From Pristiophorus japonicus (lineage: Eukaryota): 64,000 nt of DNA. A program made the translations under genes and the position numbers. The notes under the pieces are model-generated. The model was not told where the DNA came from. It saw only the letters and a program-made list of their open reading frames with translations, and ran no database searches. The DNA is taken from the NCBI RefSeq assembly GCF_044704955.1, contig NC_091987.1, positions 26,412,001-26,476,000 of the forward strand, read 5' to 3'. This document shows, in pieces, positions 24,001 through 37,838 of this stretch. Position 1 is the first letter of the stretch. Each line of letters starts with the position of its first letter.

Positions 24001-25392
24001 TGTAAGATTTCTAAATCTCTGGCACTAAATTTGACAATGAGAAAATTATTTTAACATAACTGGAAGAGCGGTTTATTAAAAAAGCACACATATGCACATA
24101 TCAGCAATCGTCGATTATCCTACGAGTCTATCTTAGCTACAACAGAGATGCAATGAGGTTATAATCAAAAGTGATATACGTTACTTCCCTTTCTGGCTGG
24201 TTTCAGGAGAGAGAAGAGAAGGAAGAGAGATCAGTTCCTGCATTGTGTTTTTTATATTCCTTAAGTTCATTGCTCCTCAGAAAACCTCACGTTTGGACCT
24301 TGGTTCCAGGGCAGTTCCTTATTGGCTCTCCTCACACATAGAAACATAGAAACATAGAAAATAGGTGCAGGAGTAGGGTTAGGGGAGTGGGCAAATGAAT
24401 GGCAGATGCAATATAATGTGGATAAATATGAGATTATCCATTTTGGGAGCAAAAACACGAAGGCAGAATATTATCTGAATGGCAGCAGAAGAGGAAAAGG
24501 GGAGGTGCAACGCGACCTGGGTGTCATGGTTCATCAGTCATTGAAAGTTGGCATGCAGGTACAGCAGGCGGCGAAGAAGGCAAATGGTATGTTGGCCTTC
24601 ATAGCTAGGGGATTTGAGTATACGAGCAGGGAGGTCTTACTGCAGTTGTACAGGGCCTTGGTGAGGCCTCACCTGGAATATTGTGTTCAGTTTTGGTCTC
24701 CTAATCTGAGGAAGGACGCTCTTGCTATTGAGGGAGTGCAGTGAAGGTTCACCAGACTGATTCCAGGGATGGCTGGACTGACATATGAGGAGAGACTGGA
24801 TTAACTGTGCCTTTTTTCACTGGAGTTTAGAAGGATGAGAGGGGATCTCGTAGAAATGTATACAGTTCTGACGGGATGGGACAGGTTAGATGCAGGTTAG
24901 TTCCCAATGTTGGGGAAGTCCAGAACTAGGGGACATAGTCTTAGGATAAGGGGCAGGCCGTTTAGGTCTGAGATGAGGAGAAACTTCTTCACTCAGAGAG
25001 TTGTTAACCTGTGGAATTCCCTGCTGCAGAGAGTTGTTGATGCCAGTTTATTGGATATATTCAAGAGGGAGTTAGATATGGCCCTTATGGCTAAAGAGAT
25101 CAAGGGGTATGGAGAGAAAGCAGGAAAGGGGTACTGAGGGATGTGGTTGGCTGGACTAGTCAGCCATCTCTGGTTCGTTTAAATGGCTTTCCAATGCACG
25201 AAAGCCATGTGGCAGCTCTGGGGCCTTTCATTTTGTTTCTTACAGAAATTAGCCCATGCTGGCAATCTGTGGGCTTGCATTTTAACTCAACACAAACAGG
25301 CCTGTCCATTTATACACGTTTAATATTTATACATAAAAAGAATCAATTTTGATCATTAATAAACACTTTTATTCTTACAAACTCCCCACCTT
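24001..25392 (-). mobile_element. LTR (TGTAAGA...TCTTACA, 24001-25379) with adjacent polypurine tract, interrupted by a CR1
   Basis: 7-bp terminal inverted repeats; minus-strand AAGGTGGGGAG PPT at about 25382-25392, plus TATA-like (~24250) and AATAAA (~24075) signals. Confidence 0.65.
24337..25140. mobile_element. CR1 insertion with inverted structure (tail on minus strand, body on plus strand)
   Basis: Minus-strand tail 24337-24376 joined directly to plus-strand ORF2 C-terminus 24377-25140. Confidence 0.75.
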
Positions 25393-25419
25393 GAAGGGCA
25401 AATATTCTTATTGACCCCT

Positions 25420-26615
25420 CATAAGAACATAAGAATTAGGAACTGGAGTAGGCCACCAACCCCATCGAGCCTGCTCCGCCACTCAACAAGATCATGGCTG
25501 ATCTGGCCGTGGACTCAGCTCCACTTACCCGGCCACTCCCCATAACCCTTAATTCCCTTATTGGTTAAAAATCTATCTATCTGTGATTTGAATACATTCA
25601 ATGAGCTAGCCTCAACTGCTTCCCTGAGCAGAGAATTCCACAGATTCACAACCCTCTGGGAGAAGAAATTCCTTCTCAACTCGGTTTTAAATTGGCTCCC
25701 CCGTATTTTGAGGCTGTGCCCCCTAGTTCTAGTCTCCCCAACCAGTGGAAACAACCTCTCTGCCTCTATTTTGTCTATCCCTTTCATTAAATGTTTCTAT
25801 AAGATCACCCCTCATCCTTCTGAACTCCAACGAATAAAGACCCAGTCTACTCAATCTATCATCATAAGATAACCCCCTCATCTCCTAGTGAATCTGCCTA
25901 GTGAATCGTCTCTAAACCCCTCCAAAGCTAGTATATCCTTGCTTAAGTAAGGTGACAAAAACTGCACGCAGTACTCCAGGTGCAGCCTCACCAATACCCT
26001 GTGCAGTTGCAGCAGGACCTCCCTGCTTTTGTACTCCATCCCTCTCGCAATGAAGGCCAACATTCCATTCGCCTTCCTGATTACCTGCTGCACCTGCAAA
26101 CTAACTTTTTGGGATTCATGCACAAGGATCCCCCAGATCGGGGGGCACGGTTTAATGTTTTTCTGTTAACTCCTAAAAGAGTTTCATGCACAAGGATCCT
26201 AAAAGAGTTTCATGCACAAGGACTCCCAGGTCCCTCTGCACTGCAGCATGTTGTAATTTCTCCCCATTCAAATAATATTCCCTTTTACTGTTTGTTTTTC
26301 CAAGGTGGATGACATCACATTTTCCGACATTTTCCGACATTGTAGTCCATCTGCCAAACCTTAGCCCATTCGCTTAACCTATCTAAATCTCTTTGCAGCC
26401 TCTCTGTGTCCTCTACACAACCCGCTTTCCCACTAATCTTTGTGCCATCTGCAAATTTTGTTACACTACACTCTGTCCGCTCTTCCAGGTCATCTATGTA
26501 TATTGTAAACAGTTGTAGTCCCAGCACCAATCCCTGTGGCACACCACTAACCACCGATTTCCAACCCGAAAAGGACCCATTTATCCCGACTCTCTGCTTA
26601 CTGTTAGCCAGCCTA
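25420..26615 (-). mobile_element. CR1 LINE 3' portion ((ATAAGAAC)n-tail subfamily) with an internal insertion at 26129-26208
   Basis: RT motifs in ORFs 25515-26755; tail at 25420. Confidence 0.85.
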
Positions 26616-27094
26616 TGTGGCCTCATGTGGTTTATATCCTCAGGGATCACATACAATAACATTGAGAGGGAGAGTGAGAAAATTGGATGTCCTGACTTGG
26701 TTCCCACCTCGTAATGAGTAGGCCACGAAGGGGATTTATTGTAGTCCAAACGCATCTCCAGCGGAGACTCTCACCTTCCCATATGTTCAATGCACCGTCA
26801 CTCATGAAAGTATATTGATGATTGATGATGCTCGTGAGTCATGCTGCAGCTCCCACTTCTCCATCNNNNNNNNNNNNNNNNNNNNNNNNNNNNNNNNNNN
26901 NNNNNNNNNNNNNNNNNNNNNNNNNNNNNNNNNNNNNNNNNNNNNNNNNNNNNNNNNNNNNNNNNNNNNNNNNNNNNNNNNNNNNNNNNNNNNNNNNNNN
27001 NNNNNNNNNNNNNNNNNNNNNNNNNNNNNNNNNNNNNNNNNNNNNNNNNNNNNNNNNNNNNNNNNNNNNNNNNNNNATTCTGAAAAATCACTTA

Positions 27095-27130
27095 ACATGA
27101 AACAACATCATCAGACATAGTAACAGATAG
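27095..27130 (-). pseudogene. Orphan V leader remnant (paralog of 8525-8560)
   Basis: Homologous to 8505-8560; its upstream flank resumes at about 31148, after the CR1. Confidence 0.6.
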
Positions 27131-27132
27131 TT

Positions 27133-30100
27133 AGAAACGTAGAAAGTAGGGCAGGAGTAGGCCATTCGGCCCTTTGAACATGCACCACCATTCAATAAGA
27201 TTATGGCTGATCATTCACCTCAGTATCCCTTTCCTGCTTTCTCTCCATACCCCTTGATCCCTTTAGCCGTAAGGGTCATATCTAACTCCCTCTTGAATAT
27301 ATCCAATGAACTGGCATCAACAACTCTCTGCGGCAGGGAATTCCACAGGTTAACAACTTTCTGAGTGAAAAGGTTTCTCCTCATCTCAGCCCTCATCTAA
27401 ATGGTCTACCCCTTATCCTAAAACTGTGTTCCCTGGTTCTGGACTTTCCCAAGATCGGGAACATTCTTCACGCATCTAACCTGTCAAGTCTTGTCAGAAT
27501 CTTATATGTTTCTATGAGATCCCCTCTCATCTTTCTAAACTCCAGTGTATAAAGGCACAGTTGATCCAGTCTCTCCTCATATGTCAGTCCTGTCATCCTG
27601 AGAATCAGTCTGGTGAACCTTCGCTTCACTCCCTCAACAGCAACAACGTCCTTCCTCAGATTAGGAGACCAAAGCTGAACACAATATTCTAGGTGAGGTC
27701 TCACCAAGGCCATGTACAACTGCAGTAAGACCTGCCTGGTCCTATACTCAAATCCCCTAGCAATGAATGCCAACATACCATTTGCCTCTTCACCGCCTGC
27801 TGTTCCTGCATGCCAACTTTCAATGACTGATGAACCATAACACCCAGGCCTCGTTGCACATCCCCTTTTCGTAATCTGCTGCCATTCAGATAATATTCTG
27901 CCTTCATGTTTTTGCCCCAAAAGTGGTAACCTCACATTTATCCACATTATACTGCATCTGCCATGCATTTGCTCACTCACCTAACCTGTCCAAGTCAACC
28001 TGCAGCCTCTTAGCGTCCTCGTCACGGCTCACACTGCCACACAGTTAAGTGTCATCTGCAAACTTGGAGATATTACACTCAGTTCCTTCATCTAAATCAT
28101 TAATGTATATTACAAAGAGCTGGGATACCAGCACTGAGCCCTGCGGCACCCCACTAGTCACTGCCTGCCCTTCTGAAAAGGACCCATTTATCCCGACTCT
28201 CTGCTTTCTGTCTGTCAACCAGTTCTCTATCCATGTCAGTACATTACCCCCAATACCATGTGCTTTGATTTTGCACACCAATCTCTTGTGTGGGACCTTG
28301 TCAAAAGCCTTTTGAAAGTCCAAATACACCACATCCCTTGTTCACTCTGCTAGTTACATCCTCAGAAAATTCCAGAAGATTCATCAAGCATAATTTCCCT
28401 TTCATAAATCCATGCTGACTTGGTCCGATTCTTTCACTGCTTTCCAAATGCGCTGCTATTTCATCCTTAATGATTGATTCCAACATTTTCCCCCCTACTG
28501 TTGTCAGGTTAACTGGTGTATAATTGCATGTTTTCTCTCCCCCTCCTTTTCTAAAAAGTGGCGGTACATTAGCTACGCTCCAGTCCATGGGAACAGATCC
28601 AGAGTCGAGAGACTGTTGGAAAATGATCACCAATGCATCCACTATTTCGAGGGTCACTTCGTTAAATACTCTGGGATGCAGTCGATCAAGCCCCGGGGAT
28701 TTATCAGCCTTCAATCCCATCAATATTCCGAACACAATTTCCTGTATAATAAGGATATCCTTCAATTCCTCCTTCTGACCAGAACCTCGGTCCCCTAGTA
28801 CATCTGGGAGTTTATTTGTGTCTTCCTTCGTGAAGACAGAACGAAATAATTTGTTCAACTGTTCTGCCATTTCTTTGTTCCCCATTATAACTTAACCTGT
28901 ATCCGACTGCAAGGGACCCACGTTTGTCTTCCCTAATCTTTTTCTCTTCACATATCTATAGAAGATTTTGCAGTCAATTTTCATGTTCCCAGCAAGCTTC
29001 CTCTTTTACTCTTTTTTCCCCCTCTTAATTAAACCCTTCGTCCTCCTCTGCTGAATTCTAAATTTCTCCCAGTCTTCAAGTTTGCTGATTTTTCTGGCCA
29101 ATTTATATGCCTCTTCCTTGGATTTAACACGATCCTTAAGTTCCCTTGTTAGCCATGGTTGAGCCACCTTTCCCGTTTTATTTTTACTCCAGACAGGGAT
29201 GTACAATTGTTGAAGTTCAGCCATGTGATCTTTAAATGTTTGCCATTGCCTATCCACCGTCAACCCTTTAAGTATCATTTGCCAGTCTATTCTAGCCAAT
29301 TCACGCCTCATACCATCGAAGTTACCTTTCCTTAAGTTCAGGACCCTACTTTCTGAATTAACTGTGTCACTCTCCATCTTAATAAAGAATTCTACCATAT
29401 TATGGTCACTCTTCCTCAAGGGGCCTCGCACAACAAGATTGCCAATTAGTCCCTTCTCATTACACATCACCCAGTCTAGGATGGCCAGCTCTCTAGTTGG
29501 TTCTTCGATATATTAGTCTAGAAAACCATCTCTAATACACGCCAGGAAATCCTCCTCCACCGCATTGCTACCAGTTTGGTTAGCCCAATCAATATGTGGA
29601 TTAAAGTCGCCCATGATAACTGCTGTACCTTTATTGCACACATCCCTTATTTCTTGTTTGATGCTATCCCAAACCTCACTACTACTGTTTGTTGGACCGT
29701 ACACAACTCCCACGTGCGTTTTCTGCCCTTTGGTATTCCGCAGCTCCACCCATACCGATTCCATCCAAGCTAATGTCCCTCCTTACTATTGCATTAATAT
29801 ACTCTTTAACTCGCAACGCCACCCTGCCTGCTTTCCTTTCTGTCTATCCTTCCTAAATGTTGAATACCCCTGCATGTTAAGTCCCCAGCCTTGGTCACCC
29901 TGGAGCCATGTCTCCGTGATGCCAATTACAACATATCCGTTAACTGCTATCTGTGCAGTTAATTCATCCACCTTATTCTGAATTCTCCTCGCATTGAGGC
30001 ACAGAGCTTTTAGGCTTGCCTTTTTAACACACTTTTCCCCTGTTGAATTTTGCTGTAATGTGGCCATTTTTGTTTTTTGCCTTGGATTTCTCTGCCCTCC

Positions 30101-31140
30101 ACTTTTACTATTCCCCTTTCTATCTTTTGCTTCTGCCTCCATTTTATTTCCCTCTGTCTCCCTGCATAGGTTACCATTCCTCTGCCATATTAGTTTAACT
30201 CCTCCCCAACAGCACTAGCAAACTCTCTCCCTAGGACATTGGTTCCGGTCCTGCCCAGGTGCAGACCGTCCGGTTTGTACTGGTCCCACCTCCCCCAGAA
30301 TTGGTTCCAATATCCCAGGAATTTGAATCCTTCTCTTCTGCAGCACTCCTCAAGCCACGTATTCATCTGAGCTATCCTGCCATTCCTACTCTGACTAGCA
30401 CGTGGCACTGGTAGCAATCATGAGATTACTACTTTTGTGGTCCTACTTTTTAATTTAGCTCCTAGCTCCCTAAATTCATCTCGTAGGACCTCATCCCGTT
30501 TTTTAGCTATATCGTTGGTACCTATATGCACCACGACAGCTGGCTGTTCACCCTCCCTTCTCAGAATGTCCTGCACCCGCTCTGAGACATTCTTGACCCA
30601 TGCACCAGGGAGGCAATATACCATCCTGGAGTCGCGGTTGCGGCAGCAGAAACGCCTATCTATTCCCCTTACAATCGAATCCCCTATCACTATCGCTCAC
30701 CCACTCTTTTTCCTGCCCTCCTGTGCAGCAGAGCCACCCATGGGCTGCCGCTGCTCTCCCCTGATGAGTCATCCCCCTAAACAGTACCCAATGCGTTGTA
30801 TCTGTTTTGCAGGGCTTGACCGCAGGGGACCCCTGCACTATCTTCCTTGCACTGCTCTTCCTGTTGGTCACCCATTCCCTGACTGGCTGTGTACCCTTTA
30901 CCTGCGGTAAAACCAACTCACTAAACGTGCTATTCACGTCATTCTCAGCATTGTGAATGCTCTAGTGTGAATCCACCCGCAGCTCCAGTGCCGCAATGAA
31001 GTCCGTCAGAAGCTGCAGGTGGATGCACTTCTCTCATATATAGTCATCAGTGACACTGGAAGCGTCCCTGACTTCCCACATAGTACAGGAGGAGCATAAC
31101 ACGTGTCCGAGCTCTTTTGCCATGACTTTACCCCTAGGTT
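27133..31140 (-). mobile_element. Near full-length degenerate CR1 LINE (ORF1 zinc-finger/SGNH esterase; ORF2 APE and RT)
   Basis: ORF1 starts MAKELGHVLCSSC near 31123; IGDSIVR, HIGTND and DGLH esterase motifs; ETWL and GDFN APE motifs; RT motifs; tail at 27133. Confidence 0.9.
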
Positions 31141-32189
31141 AAATTGGTTCAAGTTGTCCCCTTAATAATTAAAGAACCGAAAAGGTGAGCATCCGGTCTG
31201 TGAGGAAATTATGAAGAACATTATGAGGTTTCACAGATTTGAAAGCCCAGCCCTTCTCTAATTGACCACTCCTCCCTTCTCTGATTCACAGCCCTGTCTC
31301 TCTGCCTTTCCCTGGCTGATACCCCCACTCGTCCCTCTCTGATTGGCGGTGAGTGGAGTAGATGGGAACAGGAATTTGCACTGGGGACATAGAGAGATTA
31401 AATGAGTGAGCAAAACAGTCACAGATGTAGGTCATTGTTGGAAAGTGTGACTTGATCTACTTTGGACCGACGAAAGACATATCAGAGTACTTGCTATATC
31501 TAGAAACTGTGGAGGAGTAATGGGATTTACATGTCCAGGTAAACAACTCACTACGAGCCAGTATGAAAGGATTAAAAAGAAACAGAGAGCCGGGATAGGG
31601 CTGGAATATAAAGCTCCAGAAATTATTCTGCAGTTGTGTACAGCTCTGGTCACGCTCCCTCTGGAGTAACTGCATTCAGGCCTGGGCACCGCACCTCAGG
31701 AAGGATATATTGGCCTTGGAGAGGGAGTGGCACAGAATCACTAGAATGGTCTGGGGCTAAAAGGGTTAAATTGGGATGACAGATTGTACAGACGTGTATT
31801 CCACTGAATGTAGCAGATTAAGGTATGATCTAATTGAAGTTTTGAAATGTTAAAAGCAGTTGATAAGGCAGAGAAACTATTTCCTCTGGTGGGGGAGTCC
31901 ATTACATAGGGTGCATTACCTTAAATCTGGACCCAGACCGTTCAGGCATGGTCAGGAAGCACTACTTCACACAAAGTATTAAATTAATCTGGAACTCTCT
32001 TCCTCAATTAGCTGCGGATGATGGGAGAAAATTGGAGCTCGTCAGGCTCAGTTTCATAGATTTATGCCGGGTTAGGTTATTATGGGATATGCAGCAAAGG
32101 CGGCTAAATGAAGGTGGTGTACAGATCAGCCATGATCTGATTAAATCCCAAAGTAGGAGCAAGTACACGATTGTTTCCCTCGCCTTCCA

Positions 32190-32485
32190 GAGTAACAGGC
32201 TTGAGGGGGCTAAATGGCCTCCTCCTGTTCCTGTGCAACAGGCTCGAGGGGCTGAATGGGCCTCCTGTTCCTGTTTTACATGCTTGAGGGACTGCATAGC
32301 CTCCTCCTGTTCCTGTGTAACAGGCTCAAGGGGCTGAATTGGCCTCCTGTTCCTGTGTAGCAGGCTCGAGGGTCTGAATGGGGCTCCTCCTGTTCCTATG
32401 TACAGGCTCGAAGGGCTGAATGGATCTCCTCTTGTTCCCGTGTAACAGGCTCGAGGGGCTGAATGGGCCTCCTCCTGTTGCTGTG
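32190..32485 (+). repeat. ~41-bp LINE-tail minisatellite
   Basis: About 7 copies. Confidence 0.85.
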
Positions 32486-33120
32486 TTCATCTTGAACCAT
32501 GTTCCGGGCACTGTTGTGTTTCTTGCTTAGAGCGCCCTCTACTGTACCTTTTGGACAATGTCAGTATTTGTAAAAAGTATTTTACTTGGATACCTTCTTG
32601 ATATATTTCGATCTATTTTTTCACTAGCATTCAGCCTTCCAATCTTTCAATCTTTTCTTTACCTTCCCTTCATTGTCGTTTGTTTCCTCTTTGCATTCTT
32701 TCTTTCATTTTTTCGTTATGTCTTTATTTCCTTTTTGATTAATTTATTTCCCTCTTTATTCCTTTCTATCTTTTATTCTTCCTATCTTCCTTCCTTTCTA
32801 TCGATTCTCTACACACTGTAATATAAAACACGTTGTTAATCTTTAGCGGCCTCTGTCTCATCACCCCTTAGCCATCTCTTTTTTTAGACAAATCGGCCCG
32901 GTTTGCTCAGGATTTCCTGTTCGTTTGAACCTCTCAATTCTGGTGTCATGCTTGTTAATCTTTATTTGCACCTTCTCCAGTGACTCCACATCTAATCTCT
33001 CACTTTTATTCTAAACCCTCTATAGTGCTTGTCAAAACCATGTGAGCTCAGTAAAATAAACCCAATATAACTCGGCACCATGCTGCTTCACCATCCCCAG
33101 GTGTTTCCTGCCGCCTTTGG

Positions 33121-35056
33121 GGTTTATGTCGGGCCCCTCCATCTCCCTGAGTCACTGCGCAAACTCCAGCCGCAGTAATACACGGCCGACTGATCCGCCC
33201 GCAGGCGGGAGGACTTCAGGTTCAACTCGTTGCTATTCGGTCGTTCGGCGGTAAAAACTGTCCACCGTCCCTTCTGCAGTTACGCTTTTTGCAACTAGGG
33301 ACATAAACATCAAATGCGGCTCCTTCCCCGGGTCCTGCCTGCACCAGTACATTTGAGGGCTACTGGTGCCCTTCACGTCACAATAGATTTGCACTCCGTG
33401 TCTGGGCAATCTGGACACAGCCCCGGGAATCTGGCTGATGGTCTCTGAGTTAACGTCTGGGAAAGAGACGGGGAGAGGAGGAGGTCAGTAAACAGGGACA
33501 ATCGGGAAATGCACCGGGATAGAATCGAAGTATGGAAAGACAGAAAGACAGAAAGATAGAAAGAAAGGAAGGAAAGAAAGAAAGTGTGATAAAGGTTAGT
33601 GACAAGAATTAATCTTTGAAAAACTCCCTTACATAAGAACATAAGAATTAGGAACAGGAGTAGGCCATCTAGCCCTGGAGCCTGCTCCGCCACTCAACAA
33701 GATCATGGCTGATCTGGCCACTTACCCGCCCGCTCCCCATAACCCTTAATTCCCTTATTGGTTAAAAATCTATCTATCTGTGATTTGAATACATTCAATG
33801 AGCTAGCCTCAACTGCTTCCTTGGGCAGAGAATTCCACAGATTCACAACCCTCTAGGAGAAGAAATTCCTTCTCAACTCGGTTTTAAATTGGCTCCCCCG
33901 TACTTTGAGGCTGTGCTCCCTAGTTCTAGTCTCCCGACCAGTGGAAACAGCCTCTCTGCCTCTATCTTGTCTATCCCTTCCATTATTTTAAATGCTTCTA
34001 TGAGATCACCCCTCATCCTTCTGAACTCCAACGAGAAAAGACCCAGACTACTCAATCTATCATCATAAGTTAACCCCCTCATCTCCGGAATCAGCCTAGT
34101 GAATCGTTCTGTACCACTCCAAAGCTAGTATATCCTTCCTTAAGTAAGGTGACAAAAACTGCATGCAGTACTCCAGGTGCGGCCTCACCAATACCCTGTA
34201 CAGTTGCAGCAGGACCGCCCTGCTTTTGTACTCCATCCCTCTCACAATGAAGGCCAACATTCCATTCGCCTTCCTGATTATCTGCTGCATCTGCAAACTA
34301 ACTTTTTGGGATTCATGCACAAGGACCCCCAGGTCCCTCTGCACCGCAGCATGTTGTAATTTCTCCCCATTGAAATAATATTCCCTTTTACTGTTTTTTT
34401 TCCAAGGTGGATGACCTCACATTTTCTGACATTGTATTCCATCTGCCAAACCTTAGCCCATTCGCTTAACCTATTTAATCTCTTTGCAGCTTCTCTGTGT
34501 CCTCTACACAACCCGCTTTCCCACTAATCTTTGTGTCATCTGCAAATTTTGTTACACTACACTCTGTCCCCTCTTCCAGGTCATCTATGTATTCTGTAAA
34601 CAGTTGTGGTCCCAGCACCAATCCCTGTGGCACACCACTAACCACCGATTTCTAACCTAAAAAGGACCCATTTATCCCGACTCTCTGCTTTATGTTAGTT
34701 AGCCAATTTTCTATCCCTGCTAATACATTACCTCTGACTCCGCGTACCTTTATCTTCTGCGGTAACCTTTTGTGTGGCACCTTATTGAATGCCTTTTGGA
34801 AATCCAAATACACAACATCCATTGGTACACCTCTATCCACCATGCTCGTTATATCCTCAAAGAATTCCAGTAAATTAGTTAAACGTGATTTCCCCTTCAT
34901 GATTCCATGTTGCGTCTGCTTCCTGTCTCGATGTCCCGCTATTTCTTCCTTAAAGATAACTTCAAGCATTTTCCCCACTACAGATGTTAAACTAACCGGC
35001 CTATAGTTACCTTCCTTACATTGAAACATGATCAACAGACCCAGTAACTGCTGCAT
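33121..35056 (-). pseudogene. TRBV: TCR V pseudogene V7 (paralog of V8): RSS 33121-33159, V exon 33160-33456, leader 35020-35056
   Basis: 1-nt insertion frameshift near 33255; WY changed to WC; heptamer CGCAGTG; leader MQQLLGLLIMFQ displaced by a 1.4-kb CR1. Confidence 0.85.
33632..35013 (-). mobile_element. CR1 LINE inserted at the V7 leader splice donor
   Basis: RT ORFs; CCTTACAT at both 33627-33634 and 35014-35021. Confidence 0.85.
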
Positions 35057-35369
35057 CTTTTACTTGATGGTGTCCTCTTGATGAAAGGAGTGATTACAGG
35101 AGCGTGGAGTCTGTTAGGAGCCAGACCGGTTATTTATTAAACACTGAGGAGAATATGAAGAGCCTGAGAAAGTGAGGCAGCGTCCCTTCCCCCGATCGAA
35201 CCAGTCACATTCAATGACGTTTCTAATAAAGAATCGCTGGCTAGATCTGATACCGTTTACTCTCCCAACACCAGTCTTTGTGGCTGATTTTTTATTCGCT
35301 GAGCAGAAATGAGATTTTCCAAATCTGAATTTCCCACTAGAAACAGCTGCATTCTCATTGGTATCTGTC

Positions 35370-37050
35370 CGTCAATGTGGAAAACTGCCCGGCTATGTCC
35401 TGTCCACAAAAGGCAGGACAAATCCAATCCGGCCAATGACCACCCCATCAGTCTACTCTCAATCATCAGCAAAGTGATGGAAGGTGTCGTCGACAGTGCT
35501 ATCAAGTGGCTCTTACTTAGTAATAAGCCACTCGCCGAGGCTCGGTTTGGGTTCTGCCAGGATCACTTGGCCCAAGACCTCATTACAGCTTGGTCCAAAA
35601 TGGACAAAAGAGCTGAATTCCAGAGGTGAGGTTAGAGTGACTGCCCTCGACATCAAGGCAGCATCTGACCGAGTGTGGCACCAAGGAGCCCCAGTAAAAC
35701 TGAAGTAAGTGGGAATCGGGGGGTGGAGGATCTTCATTGGCTGGAATCATACCCAGCACAAAGGAAGATGGTTGTGGTGGTTTCAGGTGAATCATCCATG
35801 CCCCAGGACATAACTGCAGGACTTCCCCAGGGCAGTGTCCTTGGCTCAACCGTCTTCAATTGCTTCATCAGCACTCTTCCTTCCATCATAAGATCAGAAG
35901 TGGGGATGTTCGCTGATTACTTCATAGTCAGAGAGTTTGCAACCTGTAGAATTCTCTACCGCAGAAAGTTGTTGATGCCAGTTCATTGGATATATTCAAG
36001 AGGGAGTTAGATATGGCCCTTACGGCTAAAGGGATCAAGGGGTATGGAGATAAAGCAGGGAAAGGGGTACTGAGGTGAATGATCAGCCATGATCTTATTG
36101 AATAGCGGTGCAGACTTGAAGGGCTGGATCGCCTACTCCTGCACCTATTTTCTATGTTTTTATGTTTCTATGTTTCCTCAGTGTCATTCACAACTCCTCA
36201 GATAATGAAGCAGTCCACGCCTGCATGCAACAAGACCTGGATAACATTCAGTCTTGGGCTGATAAGTGGAAAGTAACATTCGTGCCACACAAGTACCAGG
36301 CAATAACTATCTCCAACAAGCGAGAGTCTAACCACTGCCCCTTGACATTCAACGGCATTACCATCGCCGAATTCTCCACCATCAACATCCTGGGGGCCAC
36401 CATTGACCAAAAACTTAACTGGACCAGCCGCTTAAATACTGTGGCAACAAGAGCAGGTCAGAGGCTGGGTATTCTGCGGCGAGTGTCTCACCTCCTGACT
36501 CCCCAAAGCCTTTCCACCATCTACAAAGCACAAGCCAAGAGTGTGATGGAATACTCTCCACTTGCCGGGATGAGTGCACTCCAACAACACGAAAGAAGCT
36601 TGACACCATCCCGGACAAAGCAGCCCACTTGATCGGCTCCACATCCATCACCTTAATCATTCACTCACTCCACCACCAGCGCACCATGGCTGCAGTGTGT
36701 ACCATCTACAAGATGAACTGCAGCAACTCGCCAAGGCTTCTTCGGCAGCACCACCCAAACCCGCGACCTCTACCATAGAAGGACAAGGGCAGCAGGTTCA
36801 TGGGAACACCACCACCTCCAAGTTCCCCTCCGAGTCACACACCATCCTGACTTGGAAATATATCGGCCGTTCCTTCATCGTCGCTGGGTCACAATCCTGG
36901 AACTCACTCCTTAACAGCACTATGGGAGCACCTTCACCACACGGACTGCAGCGGTTCAAGAAGGCAGCTCACCACCACCTTCTCAAGGGGCAATTAGGGA
37001 TGGGCAATAAATGGCGGCCTTGTTAGCACTGCCCACATCCCATTAACGAA
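35370..37050 (+). mobile_element. Second non-LTR retrotransposon family (CR1/L2-like RT), interrupted by a CR1 3' end at about 35918-36172
   Basis: WKTA..PVHK..DKSNPAN..PISLLS and PQGSVLG RT motifs. Confidence 0.8.
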
Positions 37051-37549
37051 TTTTTTAAAAATTACCCACCCGTTGTTCCCCAATTAGACAGATGCAGCGG
37101 CCCAATTATCCACAATCACATTCGCAAAATAGCCACAAGTGGCTCGTGGCTCACACACACACAGACAACACTGGTGTAAACAAACGTTTTCTGATAGAGC
37201 GAGACAGATGATGCCACAATATCCGGGTCACAAGGCCTTCCCCTCTGTCTTACCGCATGGTTGGGCTCAGGGTTGGGCCAGTGACAACCAGGAGGACTCA
37301 AAATGTCGCCTTTGACTGGGGAACCTGCAAAATGTCCAGCTGTATTCAGACTGCAGTGAACCCGTTCCACATCAGTGATAGCACAGGTTGAGCTGGGACA
37401 TGAATGGCTGCCCAATAAGAGAGCTAAATGGAAGAGGCAATAATTTCCTGGATGTCCTCATCGACACTCATTGCTCCAAGTAATGCCCTACTGTTGAGGA
37501 AATTATATACTTCATAGTTCTATTCCATTTTACGACATTCCCGATGGGC

Positions 37550-37838
37550 TGTAAGAGGCTCGAGGGGCTGAATGGGCCTGCTCCTGTTCGTGTGTAACAG
37601 GCTCCAGGGGCTGAATAGCCTCCTGTTCCTGTGCAACATGCTTCAGGGGCAGAATGGGCCTCCTCCTGTTCCAGTGTAACAGGCTCGAGGGACTGAATCG
37701 GCCTCCTGTTTCGGTGTAACAGGCTCGAGGGGCTGAATGGGCCTCCTGTTCCTATGTAGCAAGCTCGAGGGGCTGAATGGCCTTCTCCTGTTCCTGTGTA
37801 ACAAGCTCGAGGGGCTGAATGGCCTCCTATTCCTGTGT
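37550..37838 (+). repeat. ~41-bp LINE-tail minisatellite
   Basis: About 7 copies. Confidence 0.85.
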
